From a bacterium (GTDB lineage Bacteria; Chloroflexota; Anaerolineae; Epilineales; Epilineaceae), in NCBI GenBank assembly GCA_003576755.1, contig QEVT01000002.1, positions 346-64,345 on the forward strand: a stretch of 64,000 nucleotides of DNA. The letters run 5' to 3'. The notes under the pieces were generated by a model. That model was not told the origin of the DNA. It saw only the letters and a program-made list of their open reading frames with translations, and did not search any database. Within the stretch, counting starts at the first letter, position 1, and every line of letters starts with the position of its first letter. Shown here piece after piece: positions 34,648 to 44,076 of this stretch. A program made the translations under genes and the position numbers.

Positions 34648-36204
34648 TCAGGCATTGATCCGAATGACACTGTACCAGTCGTTGCCCTCCACCCCGTGTC
34701 CACTGGGCCTTTGGGGGACACCGGGCGCAATGGGAGCGCCGTCAAGGGCATGGACCCTGTCGTCATCATCCTGCTCCCCGAGAATCCAGGCGCCGCGGAG
34801 CACGACGGTCAACGCGTGGATCCGGAAGTGACGGTTATCCTTGCCAAGCCATTTGCGCCAGAACTCCTTCCAGTCTGGTGCAGGGTTGTCGACGAAGATC
34901 CGGACACCGTTCACTCCGGCATCCGGGTTGACCCCCACTGGCTGAAAGTCCTTGATCAGGGGTCTCGGAAGAGCCGGAAACAGTTCCGCTTTCACCTGGA
35001 CAGGCTCGATGCGAACCGGTATCCGGCGCGACCGAATGGTCCGGACCGGCGCGACTCCCGCCATCTCCTTCTCGAACGTTTCATCCGCGTCCGCGATGAG
35101 CAGTACCGTGTCGATGTTCAGGGTGGCAACTTGAACGCTCTGACTGAACTGCACGACAAAGCCGACCTTGTCCGCTGCTTCGCCACAACCGCTGTAGGCA
35201 GCCAACAGCCCATCGACGTTGACCGGGGTTCGCGCCTGCGACCAGCTCGCGTTGACAACGTGCAGCATTCCGCGAGCGTCGATTGCGGAGCCTCCGGCAC
35301 CGGGAAGACCGCGTGGGCCGGTAGCGCCTCGCGGACCGGTCGGCCCTTGCGGGCCCGGTAGTCCTTGGCCCTCGGGACCAGTCGGCCCCGCAGGTCCCGG
35401 CGGCCCCTCAGGGCCCGTCGGACCGATCGGGCCCGTGATACCCAGGGGTTCACCGTCTACAACCACGACGCCGGTCGGGCCTCGCGGGCCAGTGGGGCCA
35501 GTCGGTCCAGCGGGGCCTTGTGCGCCGGCGCCTGTTGGCCCAGTAGGTCCATCGGGTCCACGTTCGCCAACACCGGTGGGGCCAGTCGGTCCAGCGGGGC
35601 CTTGCGCGCCGACGCCTGTTGGCCCAGTAGGTCCATCGGGTCCACGTTCGCCAACACCGGTGGGGCCAGTCGGTCCAGCGGGGCCAAGTGCGCCGACGCC
35701 GGTAGGCCCGGTGGGCCCCGCCGGGCCAGTGGCACCGGTAGCTCCCTTCTCCCCACACTCGGTTGGCCCGGTGGGTCCCGCCGGACCCGTGGGACCGGCA
35801 GGTCCAGTAGGCCCCGCCGGGCCAGTAACGCCGGTTGCACCCTTCTCCCCGCACTCCGAAGGTCCGGTGGGCCCCACTGGACCCGTGGGACCGGCAGGTC
35901 CAGTAGGCCCCGCCGGGCCGGTGGCGCCGGTAGCACCCGTCTCCCCACACACCGAAGGCCCGGTGGGCCCGATTCCGGTTGGCCCAGTGGGCCCTGCCGG
36001 GCCAGTGGCGCCGGTAGCACCCTTCTCCCCGCACCCGGTCGGCCCTGTCGGTCCCGCGGGCCCTGTAGGGCCCATGGGCCCACGAGACCCGGTGGAACCC
36101 TCCGGCCCTGCCGGTCCGGCCGGACCCGTGACTCCCGGCCGTCCCTGCGGTCCCTGCTTTCCAACGGGACCGGGTGGGCCAACGACGCAGATGGTGTCGC
36201 TCAT
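34648..36204 (-). CDS. Collagen-like triple-helix-repeat protein 2 (518 aa), paralogue of 32712-34589
   Basis: The internal ATG at 36204 gives [21 protein letters not shown], the same 8-aa N-terminus as paralogue 1. There are repeated CGEKGATG(A/V)TGPAGPTGP units. The C-terminal domain ends [12 protein letters not shown]...ALDGAPIAP...[16 protein letters not shown], which is homologous to the paralogue 1 terminus. Confidence 0.85.
   Translation of the reverse strand: MSDTICVVGPPGPVGKQGPQGRPGVTGPAGPAGPEGSTGSRGPMGPTGPAGPTGPTGCGEKGATGATGPAGPTGPTGIGPTGPSVCGETGATGATGPAGPTGPAGPTGPVGPTGPSECGEKGATGVTGPAGPTGPAGPTGPAGPTGPTECGEKGATGATGPAGPTGPTGVGALGPAGPTGPTGVGERGPDGPTGPTGVGAQGPAGPTGPTGVGERGPDGPTGPTGAGAQGPAGPTGPTGPRGPTGVVVVDGEPLGITGPIGPTGPEGPPGPAGPTGPEGQGLPGPQGPTGPRGATGPRGLPGAGGSAIDARGMLHVVNASWSQARTPVNVDGLLAAYSGCGEAADKVGFVVQFSQSVQVATLNIDTVLLIADADETFEKEMAGVAPVRTIRSRRIPVRIEPVQVKAELFPALPRPLIKDFQPVGVNPDAGVNGVRIFVDNPAPDWKEFWRKWLGKDNRHFRIHALTVVLRGAWILGEQDDDDRVHALDGAPIAPGVPQRPSGHGVEGNDWYSVIRINA
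35290..36180 (-). repeat. G-X-Y collagen-coding triplet repeat tract of gene 34648-36204
   Basis: Continuous G-X-Y translation on the minus strand. A mirror ORF on the + strand (35219-36223) is an artefact. Confidence 0.85.
35490..35698. repeat. About 2.5 copies of an 84-nt tandem duplication inside collagen-like gene 2
   Basis: Units 35531-35614 and 35615-35698 are identical except for 3 positions near their 3' ends. A partial copy precedes them. Each unit encodes the 28-aa [28 protein letters not shown]. Confidence 0.8.
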
Positions 36205-36527
36205 GATGTGTTCCTGGGTGTGAGGAGGCCGTGTGAGATATGCGTAGGTCGAGCGCGATCGACGGTGCGGCACGTGCTTGCCGCCGGGCGAGGCACAGGA
36301 TGGCCACAACGTAGGGCGAAGCTTGCCAACCTGTATTGTGGGTGTGAAGTGTCTGTGTCACTGTCTCTTCAATGTCTCTTCGGGCGTCTGCGGCCCACCT
36401 AAACCCTGTGTATCGCCTTGTAGCCGTCGCCGGATTGACAATTGTCGCGGCAAGCCTTCATCATTCCGCCTCGTCAAGCCACTCGGCGCGATGGCGAGCA
36501 CGTCATCCTTCTCACAAGGCGATCGCG

Positions 36528-38510
36528 ATGCGAGTCCTGATCCGAACGTACGACTTCGACGATCTCGGCGGCAGCGGGGCGTCCATGCGCACCGTCGCCG
36601 ACTTCCTCCAGGCGTGCGGCGACGAGACTTGGGCCCCACGCGGCCGCGAGACGCTCGAAAGGCTGCGCGCGTGGTCGCCGGGCGTCGTCTTGGGCCAGCA
36701 GTGGGCGACGGAAGAGGCCAGTATGTGGGCGATCGCCTTGGGCGTTCCCTTTGTGATGTTCGTCCGCGGGCCCGGACAGTACGAGCACTTCATGCCTCAA
36801 TGCGATCTGGTTGTGTTCAACGCTTCGTCGCAGCTCGAACTCGCCCTTCCGGCCATTGGAAGGACGCCGGCCGCGGTGCTCCATCCGCCGGTCCTGCCGG
36901 CAGACTACGCCACCGACGGCGGCGGATCGCACATCACGCTCATTGGAACGGGCGCGCTCAAGGGTGCCGATCGATTCCTGACACTGGCACGGAAATTCCC
37001 AGACCATCCCTTCCTGTGGGTAACCGACGAACCTTCGGAAGCACCTCCTTCCAACGTAGAAGTGTGCCCGAGGACACCGAACATGCGGTCGATCTACGCC
37101 CGCACCAAGCTGCTCGTGATGCCATCGCGAAGCGAATCCTACGGCCGCGTTGCCATCGAAGCGGCCATGAGCGGCATTCCGGTCGTGGCATCGGACCTGC
37201 CGGGCATCCGCGAAGCGACGGCCGGGCACGCGGTCTTGGTCGCGGACGAGCGGGAATGGGTGACCGCAGTACGGAACGTGCTTGCGAACATCGAGCCGCA
37301 TCGCCGCGCGGCGCTTGCGTTGGCGGCGCTCCGTGACCCCTCGGTCGAGCTCGAGGCCCTCCGCAGCCGACTCCAGGCCTTGGTCGATGCCGGCCGCCGT
37401 CGGCCGACGCTGTCGCTGTGTATGACGGTCGCCAACGAGGCGGCGACGCTGGCCAAGGCCGTCGCGTCGGTGCGGGAAGTCGTCGACGAGGTGATCATCG
37501 GCGTCGATACGCGCTCGTCGGACGACACGGCGGCCATCGCGCGCACGCTGGCCACGGATTACTTCGAGTACACCGAATCGAGCCCGCCCGACTTCCGGCG
37601 GATGCGCAACCGCGCCATGGAGCGGGTACCAACCGACTGGGCCATCGTGTTGGATGGCCACGAGTGGATCGAGAACGCCCACCTGATCCGCCCGGCGCTC
37701 GAAACGACGGCTTGGTCCATCGAGATCCGAACGCTGTTCGAGCCCGACGCGAACCGCATCCCGGGTCTCTCGTTCCCCTTCCCGCGCATCCATCGGCGCC
37801 ATGTACGGTTCGTCGGCGCGGCCGTGCACGAGGAGGTCTCGACGCCCGTCGCGCGCCGGTCACGACAGATCGACATCCGTGTCTGGCACGAGCGCAAGCC
37901 GGGCTCCGCCGCGACGACCCGCGGCGCCGAAAAGTCGGGCGCCGAGCTGGACGTGCTCCGGGCGGCATGGCAAGAGCGCAACGACCGCCGCGCGTTGTTC
38001 TACCTGGCCAACGGTCTGCGGGAGTCGGGGCGACTGGAAGATGCGGTCGAGGCATATTCAACCTACCTGGAGGCGCCGAACTTTGAGGAGGAGGGCTGGC
38101 AGGCCAGGCTGTATCTCGCCCGCTGCCACGCGGCCCGCCAAGCTTGGCCCGCGGCGAAGCAGTGCTTCGAGCAGGCGATCCTGGCGTGGCCGGAACGGGC
38201 CGAAGCCGTTATCGGCCTCGGGCATGTGCTCTTGGCGAAGGGAGAAGCGCGTCACGCGGCAGCATGGTTCCGCATGGCGGCCGGGTTGCCTGAACCGTCG
38301 GACTGTCGCCTCTTCGTCGAAGTGCCGGCCTATCGGTGGCAGGCCTGGCACGGCCTGGCGCTGGCACTGGACCGGCTTGGTGACTACGCCGGAGCGCTCG
38401 AGGCCGAGACGGAAGCCAAGGCCCGCGGCGCTGGTGCGTGGGCGGATGTGAACATCGGACGGTGGCGCGCGCTGTCGGGACATGGGACGGGAAACGGGGC
38501 GGGAAGCTGA
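36528..38510 (+). CDS. Three-module glycosyltransferase: GT4 (GT-B) + GT2 (GT-A) + C-terminal TPR repeats
   Basis: The GT4 C-terminal motif is LLVMPSRSESYGRVAIEAAMSGIPVVASDLPGIREA. The GT2 motif is LSLCMTVANEAATLAKAVASVREVVDEVIIGVDTRSSDDTAAIA. The TPR-like tail is ALFYLANGLRESGRLEDAVEAYSTYLE...ARLYLARCH...GLGHVLLAKGEARHAAAWF. The start is taken at MRVLIRTYDF. Confidence 0.8.
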   Translation: MRVLIRTYDFDDLGGSGASMRTVADFLQACGDETWAPRGRETLERLRAWSPGVVLGQQWATEEASMWAIALGVPFVMFVRGPGQYEHFMPQCDLVVFNASSQLELALPAIGRTPAAVLHPPVLPADYATDGGGSHITLIGTGALKGADRFLTLARKFPDHPFLWVTDEPSEAPPSNVEVCPRTPNMRSIYARTKLLVMPSRSESYGRVAIEAAMSGIPVVASDLPGIREATAGHAVLVADEREWVTAVRNVLANIEPHRRAALALAALRDPSVELEALRSRLQALVDAGRRRPTLSLCMTVANEAATLAKAVASVREVVDEVIIGVDTRSSDDTAAIARTLATDYFEYTESSPPDFRRMRNRAMERVPTDWAIVLDGHEWIENAHLIRPALETTAWSIEIRTLFEPDANRIPGLSFPFPRIHRRHVRFVGAAVHEEVSTPVARRSRQIDIRVWHERKPGSAATTRGAEKSGAELDVLRAAWQERNDRRALFYLANGLRESGRLEDAVEAYSTYLEAPNFEEEGWQARLYLARCHAARQAWPAAKQCFEQAILAWPERAEAVIGLGHVLLAKGEARHAAAWFRMAAGLPEPSDCRLFVEVPAYRWQAWHGLALALDRLGDYAGALEAETEAKARGAGAWADVNIGRWRALSGHGTGNGAGS

Positions 38511-38783
38511 AGGCGCTGCGGTCGATCAGGCGCTGGTGGGGGACGCGTTCGGCGGTGCGCTCGAGCGCCGCCCGCACCCCGTCGATCAGCCGTTCGTCGC
38601 CCGCGCGAAGGCTTGCCGCGTCGCCGGCAGTGCCGGCGCCGACGTCGTGTTCGCGGTAGAAGTTCAGGTTGATCGGCAGCTCGCGATCCAGCACGAGCGC
38701 GACGGCATCGGCGACGCCGGGCGGAGCCGTGCCCGCACAGCCCTCGGTGACATAGATCCGGCGATCGGTCCCCGGCGTAACCG

Positions 38784-39560
38784 CTATCCGTGGTGCGGGC
38801 CTTCCATCCACACCATCCACTTCAGGTTGATCTCGTCCCAGTCGTAGACGACGTTGGCGCCGTCGAAGGACTTGTCGGTCTGATAGCCGTACGGATCGTT
38901 GACGATCCAGCGCGTAGCGCCCGCCTCCTCGTAGAAGCCGCAGACGACGATCAGGTGATCCCACCCGAAGAGCTTGCCGCTGGCGATCACGGGGTGGCGG
39001 TTGCGCAGCAAGGTCTTGATGATCTCCGGCGCCTCGTTGGATTTGAACGCGAACTTGTCTGCGTTCCCCAGGGGGCCCAGGAAGTGCTTGAGCACCGCCT
39101 GAATGTTTGACGCCCGTGCGCACCATCCACCGCCGCAGTACTGCCCCACGACCGCGCCATAGATGCCCTGGCCCCGGCCGTTCTTCGGGGTCGCGGCCGA
39201 GGCGTCGAAGGTCCTTCCGCCGAAGGTGAAGGGATTGGAGACGTACCAGCCGAACTTGCTCTCATGCCCGTACCCGGCCGGCGCCGACACGGTGATCGGA
39301 TGGGGTTCGAGCACACCGTAATGAGCGAGCACCATCGTCGTGCTCGTCGGCCCGCAAGCCCAATGGCCGTTAAAGTCGTCCGGCGTGTCCCAAAGTTGGT
39401 GGATGAAGGGAACGTCCAGGTTGACCTCCGGGTTCGGGATCGGATGGGTGAGGCTCCTGGGGGAGTCGGCGATGGCGCGCTCCTCATCGGGCGTGGTCTC
39501 CGGCGGGTAGCCGGCGCCCGCCACGCCGTCGAGGGCATCGTGATCGAAGCCGTCGGTCAT
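38784..39560 (-). CDS. Papain-like cysteine peptidase, C39-like (Peptidase_C39_2-type), no signal peptide
   Basis: LDVPFIHQLWDTPDDFNGHWACGPTSTTMVLAHYG (Cys nucleophile context) and KLFGWDHLIVVCGFYEE...WIVNDPYG (His context). The internal ATG at 39560 is chosen. The upstream part of the 352-aa ORF is Arg/Pro-rich junk. Confidence 0.65.
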   Translation of the reverse strand: MTDGFDHDALDGVAGAGYPPETTPDEERAIADSPRSLTHPIPNPEVNLDVPFIHQLWDTPDDFNGHWACGPTSTTMVLAHYGVLEPHPITVSAPAGYGHESKFGWYVSNPFTFGGRTFDASAATPKNGRGQGIYGAVVGQYCGGGWCARASNIQAVLKHFLGPLGNADKFAFKSNEAPEIIKTLLRNRHPVIASGKLFGWDHLIVVCGFYEEAGATRWIVNDPYGYQTDKSFDGANVVYDWDEINLKWMVWMEGPHHG

Positions 39561-39636
39561 GGTGATCTCCTGATGCTGGGCGATGGGTGGTATTGATGCG
39601 AACGGCAGTTCAGGCGGACGGATCAGGACGCCGGGT

Positions 39637-42012
39637 TCATCCCGGCGCCACCGACCAATCGTGGGCCGCGATCGCGTCCCAGCGCCCTGCGTCGAGCGCG
39701 GCGTTCCATTGGAAGAAGTTGGCGCCGGCGAGGTCGAAGGTCTCGCGCGCGGCAGTGAGGAAGGCGTCGATCGCCTCCGGCGTGGCCGAGATGCCGCCTT
39801 CCATGCGATAGGCGACGCCTGTCGGGAACACGGGCCGCGCATGGGGCAGCCGGGCGTGCTCGTCGAGGCTGCGCCGCAAGCTCTCGGCAGGCGGGGTGTT
39901 TAACCAGTAGACCCGGGGCATGTCCAGGTCGCAGTGGGCGAGGAACTCGGCCCAGGGGAAGGATCGGTGCAGGCTGGGGAAGCGGTAGCTGGAGAGGCCG
40001 ATCGGCAGCTCCTGCAGGTCGGCGCGCAGGCGTTCCATGTAGTGTCCGGCGCGGCCGGGCTGGCCCTTGAAGTCGCCCTCGGCGTTGACGACGAAGCCAT
40101 CGAGCCCGTACTGCTCGATGCGTCGGATCGCGACCTCTGCCTGCAGCTCGGGTGGGATGTCGACGATCTTGGCAGGATCGGCGTTGAGCCTGATGCCGTG
40201 GACGGCCTGCCAGCCCCAGACGCCTACGCCAGCCGCGCGCAGGGCGTCGACCAGCGGACGCACGCGATCGGTGCCGCCAGGGCCGAGGTTGAAGGGCGTG
40301 GCGTGGTCGGCAATCTTGACCAGCACATGCGTCAGACCGCCGCGCGCGGCCATGTCGGCCAGGCGGGCAAAGGGGTCGGCGGGACCGGGCTGGGCGGCGA
40401 TGCGTTTGAGGAGCCGGTCGATCCGCCAGATCCACATTCCCTTGCCGCGCAGCCGCACGGCGGCCTCGGTGCTGGCGCCACGGGTCGCGATCTCCGGCAG
40501 ATCGGCGCGATCCCCGCACCCCGCCGTCACCGGAGCAAGCGCGCGGTCCCTTGCCGCCACGACATCCCCGCGCACCCTGATGTTCGCCGCAGCGGGTGGC
40601 ATCGCCCGGGCGTCGGTGGCCGGCGGGATCCCGCGCGTCGTCGGGAAGAGGTCGGGGAGACGCTGGTGGAGGAGCGTGCGTTCCTGGGCAGTGAGGTTCG
40701 GCAGATCATCGATCGCGGGGCCGGCGTAGGGGGCCTGGCGGGCCTTGACCAGATCGGTCAATCCAGCCGCGACGACGAGATCCCATCCCGCCTTGCCGAC
40801 CTGCGCCGCGGTGAAGAACAGGGCGTTGATCACGTGCTGGTTGGTGTAGACAGGGGCGCTCGGACCTGCCGGGCCGCCATCGGGAGCGGAGGGGAAGAGC
40901 CGGTCGACGGTGGACCGATAAACCCCGAAGGCAGGCTTGCGACCGGTGGGATTGACCTGGCCACGGCGGTGCAGACCGTAGAACTGGCGCTGGCCCTGGT
41001 TGATCTCGAAGTCCTCGGTGGAAAACCAGATCGCCAGGGCGACATCCCGGTCGGCGGCGACGATCTCGAGGGCCAGGCGGAGGTTGTCGGCCTGGAAGCG
41101 CAGGTCGGCCTCGTTGTCGTCATTGCTCTCCCAGCCGATCTCGGAGACGTAGAGCGGCTTGGGACTGGTGCTGCCCTCGGCGTTGCGTATGGTGTTCAGC
41201 ATCTCGGTGACATATCGCTTGTAGCAATCGCGGACGTCGCGGGCGTGCGCGCTGAAGTCCGGGTTGAACTCCGGGACGATGTATAGGTGATAGCCGATCC
41301 CGTCGAAGGGAAAGCCGCGGCCGTCGCGTCCCCAGCGGAGCTTCTGCTGCCCAGCCTGATAGGTGCGCGCAAGGTAGTTCGCTGCGCCGTTGCCGAACTT
41401 CAGCCCCTGCAGCGGCCCGCTGACCAGCTTGACTCCGCCGCCGATCCCAAGCTCACCGCGGACCTTGTCGTGGACCGCTTGGAGCATGCGGGCGAACCAG
41501 AACGGGTGGATCCAGTTCGGGCTGGGCAGCTCGGGAGAGGGTTGCATGCCGTGCCAATCGTCGGGCTCGTTGAAGGACTCGAAGACGCTGACCCGGTCCC
41601 CGAAGTGCTGCACAATACGCCCGAAGGCGGCGGTGTACTCGGCGACCCAGGCGTTGGCGGCGGCGCGGTCAGCGGCGGACATCCGCTCTTCGGGATGGCG
41701 GAAGAGCGTGTCAAGCCGGCCATCGAGGTCCGTCCGCACGCTCTCGCGCCCGACCAGGCCGTAGACCTGCAGCCCACGGGCGCGGAAGCCGTCGACGAGT
41801 GCGCCGAAGGTGTCGAGCCAGGTGCGGCCGTTGTGCCGCGTGTCGTCGTCGGGCGACGACCACGGACCCAGCATGAAGTTGAGGCGCACCCAGGCGGCCC
41901 CGGCATCGGCGAAGATCGCGGGGTCGACGGTGGGGGTCGGGGCGCCGCGCTGGGGGCCGTCGGGGTGGATGGGGCGGTTGGCGTCTAGGCCTAGTTTGTG
42001 GGGGATGTGCAT
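39637..42012 (-). CDS. Two-domain glycoside-hydrolase-like protein (791 aa): N-terminal clan GH-A TIM barrel + second TIM-barrel-like domain; no signal peptide
   Basis: The N-terminal domain has FESFNEPDDWHG (NEP acid/base motif) and LYVSEIGWES (nucleophile Glu context). The C-terminal half (GMWIWRIDRL...GLTHVLVKIADH...VGVWGWQAVHG...GFVVNAEGDFKG) looks like a second glycosidase-like barrel. The family is not assignable by eye. Confidence 0.6.
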   Translation of the reverse strand: MHIPHKLGLDANRPIHPDGPQRGAPTPTVDPAIFADAGAAWVRLNFMLGPWSSPDDDTRHNGRTWLDTFGALVDGFRARGLQVYGLVGRESVRTDLDGRLDTLFRHPEERMSAADRAAANAWVAEYTAAFGRIVQHFGDRVSVFESFNEPDDWHGMQPSPELPSPNWIHPFWFARMLQAVHDKVRGELGIGGGVKLVSGPLQGLKFGNGAANYLARTYQAGQQKLRWGRDGRGFPFDGIGYHLYIVPEFNPDFSAHARDVRDCYKRYVTEMLNTIRNAEGSTSPKPLYVSEIGWESNDDNEADLRFQADNLRLALEIVAADRDVALAIWFSTEDFEINQGQRQFYGLHRRGQVNPTGRKPAFGVYRSTVDRLFPSAPDGGPAGPSAPVYTNQHVINALFFTAAQVGKAGWDLVVAAGLTDLVKARQAPYAGPAIDDLPNLTAQERTLLHQRLPDLFPTTRGIPPATDARAMPPAAANIRVRGDVVAARDRALAPVTAGCGDRADLPEIATRGASTEAAVRLRGKGMWIWRIDRLLKRIAAQPGPADPFARLADMAARGGLTHVLVKIADHATPFNLGPGGTDRVRPLVDALRAAGVGVWGWQAVHGIRLNADPAKIVDIPPELQAEVAIRRIEQYGLDGFVVNAEGDFKGQPGRAGHYMERLRADLQELPIGLSSYRFPSLHRSFPWAEFLAHCDLDMPRVYWLNTPPAESLRRSLDEHARLPHARPVFPTGVAYRMEGGISATPEAIDAFLTAARETFDLAGANFFQWNAALDAGRWDAIAAHDWSVAPG

Positions 42013-42046
42013 GGGTTAGCTCCCAACGAATAGATGTCGATGGTGG

Positions 42047-42469
42047 TCACGGTGCCTCAACAGCTGCAGGCTCCGCGGTGGTCGTCGGGCAGGGGGTGGG
42101 CGATCGCTTGTCCAAGCTCCCGGACGCCAACATCTTGCCATTCGGGCTGAACGCCACACTCCAGATCACCGCGCTATGACCCCGTGGAGGTCGGCCCAGG
42201 CCCTGCTGGCTGGTCACATCCCTGAGGATGATCGTGTCAACCAAACTTCTTGACGCCAGGATCTTGCCGTCTGGGCTGACTACCGCGTTCCCAACCCCGT
42301 TGATGTGGCCCGTCAGTAGATGACCGAGGCGCTGCCGACTGAACACATCCCACAAGATGATCGTGTCAGTCGAGCTCAAGCGATCTGCAGAGCGGGGTGC
42401 CGCGACATCACGCACTTTCTTCACCCCTTCGCCCTGTCCTCGTGCTCTCGAACAGACACTGCGCCTCAC
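42047..42469 (-). pseudogene. WD40-repeat protein remnant (about 2.5 repeats, no N-terminal domains)
   Basis: TIILWDVFSRQRLGHLLTGHINGVGNAVVSPDGKILASRSLVDTIILRDVTSQQGLGRPPRGHSAVIWSVAFSPNGKMLASGSLDK are canonical WD40 units. The first ~40 codons are junk and abut the GH25 stop codon. Confidence 0.55.
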
Positions 42470-43642
42470 TCACCCGTCGTCAGACCGCGGCCGCTTGCGC
42501 CGCTCAGCCGCCCGCATCGCCGAGCCGCTCCTCGCCCCGGCGATATCGAGACTCCGCGCGCCATCTTCGACCGCGAGGAAGCGCCGGCCGCCGACCTGCA
42601 TCGCCGTCCACTGGCCTGGCGCCCAGCGCACCCAGGCATCGCTGCCGCCAACTTCGAGGACATCGACCCCATCGTCGCGCTTCAGCACCCCGGTTTTCTC
42701 GAAGTCAGGGCCGGGGCCGCGGTGGACGTTCAGGTTGGCGGCGAGCACCCGGCCGAGCACCTGGCCGTCGGGCGCGACCTCGATCCGGCAAAGCGGCCCG
42801 CTGGGGACCGAGCAGGTCGCCCAGCGATCCTCGCCGACCCGAATCCAGGCATCAGTGCCGCCGACATCGTGGACGGGCAGCCTCCGCCCCAGATCCACGT
42901 CCGTGAGCATCGCCACTTTGTCGTGCTTGATGCTCGGTCCGGTGCGGACGTTGACCGGCGCCTCGACGCGCACCAACAAGCGCGGTGCGACGCGTGCGGG
43001 CGCCGGAGCGCCGCCGGCATAGGCCAGGAAATCCGCCTCGGTGCCGGGAAACCGGTTCACGTCCGCATTGCCATCGATGCCCGGCACCATCTCCTGGCTG
43101 GTGAACTGCCAGAAGCGGTAGGTGCTCCAGTCCAGCGGGAGTCGCGGTTGGCCAGCCTCGGTGTAGTGGGCCACCCATAGATCGTGCTTAGACCAGCGCT
43201 CCGAACGCTCGAGGTTCGTGTTCCAGAAGCTGCCTGCCGTGTAGATGATCGGCCGCTTGTGCCCGGCGGCCTCCAGCCGGTCGAGGCAGCCCAGCGTCCA
43301 CTCCGTCCAGGCCGCCCGCGACATCGGGGCGCCGTCGCCCGGCGTGGGATCGTTCTCGACATCCAGCGCCAGCGGCATTCCCGGCTTCCGGTCGCCCAGC
43401 ACCTCGAGCATGAGATCGACCTGCCTGTCGACCGGATCTGAGGTGCGCATGAAGTGGTACGCCGAAAGCACGAGGCCCGCCGCCTCCGCACCGGCCCAGT
43501 GCTCCGCGAAGCGCCGGTCCTTCCGGTGGCTGCCGTAGGTCGTCCGTACAAACGCGTAGCGGTAGCCCACCGCGGCCACCCGCTGCCAATCGATCGGCTT
43601 CTGGTGGTGCGATACGTCGATGCCCAACACGTGATCCGCCAT
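42470..43642 (-). CDS. GH25 muramidase (lysozyme) with two C-terminal SH3b-like domains; endolysin architecture, no signal peptide
   Basis: The RBS AAGGAGG (reverse complement of cctcctt) precedes ATG 43642. LGIDVSHHQKPIDWQRVAAVGYRYAFVRTTYG...SAYHFMR is the GH25 signature. The C-terminal repeats are VNVRTGPS...WIRV and LNVHRGPG...DAWVRW. Confidence 0.85.
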   Translation of the reverse strand: MADHVLGIDVSHHQKPIDWQRVAAVGYRYAFVRTTYGSHRKDRRFAEHWAGAEAAGLVLSAYHFMRTSDPVDRQVDLMLEVLGDRKPGMPLALDVENDPTPGDGAPMSRAAWTEWTLGCLDRLEAAGHKRPIIYTAGSFWNTNLERSERWSKHDLWVAHYTEAGQPRLPLDWSTYRFWQFTSQEMVPGIDGNADVNRFPGTEADFLAYAGGAPAPARVAPRLLVRVEAPVNVRTGPSIKHDKVAMLTDVDLGRRLPVHDVGGTDAWIRVGEDRWATCSVPSGPLCRIEVAPDGQVLGRVLAANLNVHRGPGPDFEKTGVLKRDDGVDVLEVGGSDAWVRWAPGQWTAMQVGGRRFLAVEDGARSLDIAGARSGSAMRAAERRKRPRSDDG

Positions 43643-43878
43643 GACTGACTGCCTCCTTGTTTCTGGGTGAGCTCGCGACTCAGCGAATACTTGATTCACT
43701 TGAACTCCTGACATCCCTCACCCGAAGAGCGACGAATGTATCAAGTCAGTGTCCTTCACCTTTGCCAAATACCCACCCCTTTCCGGGCCCGCCGTCGCCG
43801 CCCGGAGACAGACGACCGACGACATCGTCCGTCGCTTCCATGACGAACCCGGGCGTGCGACGGATACGCAGGGCCACC

Positions 43879-44040
43879 GTGAGGGCGCTGCGAACACGGC
43901 ACGGCATTGTCGGCAGCATGAGCCGCAAGGGCGACGGCTGGGACAACGTCCCGATCGAGAGTCTCTTCTTCGACTACATCGAGGTGTCCTACAATCGCAT
44001 CGGTCGCCGCTCCGCTCTCGACTGCCCCAGCCCGGGTTAG
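43879..44040 (+). pseudogene. IS3-family transposase (OrfB, rve C-terminus) remnant
   Basis: [23 protein letters not shown]...[20 protein letters not shown] matches the conserved C-terminal motifs of IS3 integrases (SMSRKGNCYDNA..ESFF ... YN..R.HSALGY.SP), with an internal deletion. No N-terminal part is present. Confidence 0.5.
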
Positions 44041-44076
44041 TGTAACGTAGCTTCTGTAAATTGGAGGGGCCCGAGC

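Noticed and set aside
35490-35698. Tandem repeats at 35490-35698, 60420-60925 and 62940-63490 were checked as a possible CRISPR array or other non-coding repeat.
   Set aside because: They lack a repeat-spacer organisation and have no unique spacers. All lie in frame inside ORFs and encode collagen or Pro/Thr linkers.
33460-36223. Plus-strand 'PVGPVGP' ORFs (33460-34614 and 35219-36223) mirror the collagen-like genes.
   Set aside because: They are reverse-complement artefacts of GGN-CCN-ACN repeats. The plus-strand products lack a regular G-X-Y register, a sensible start and a globular domain. The minus-strand products have uninterrupted G-X-Y, a shared MSDTIC N-terminus and homologous C-terminal domains.
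38515-38780. A protein-like minus-strand segment (RIYVTEGCAGTAPPGVADAVALVLDRELPINLNFYREHDVGAGTAGDAASLRAGDERLIDGVRAALERTAERV) lies in the gap between the glycosyltransferase and the C39-like peptidase.
   Set aside because: It has no start codon of its own. The enclosing ORF (38209-39126) overlaps both neighbours out of frame, and I cannot name a family. It may be a gene remnant but there is not enough support to annotate it.
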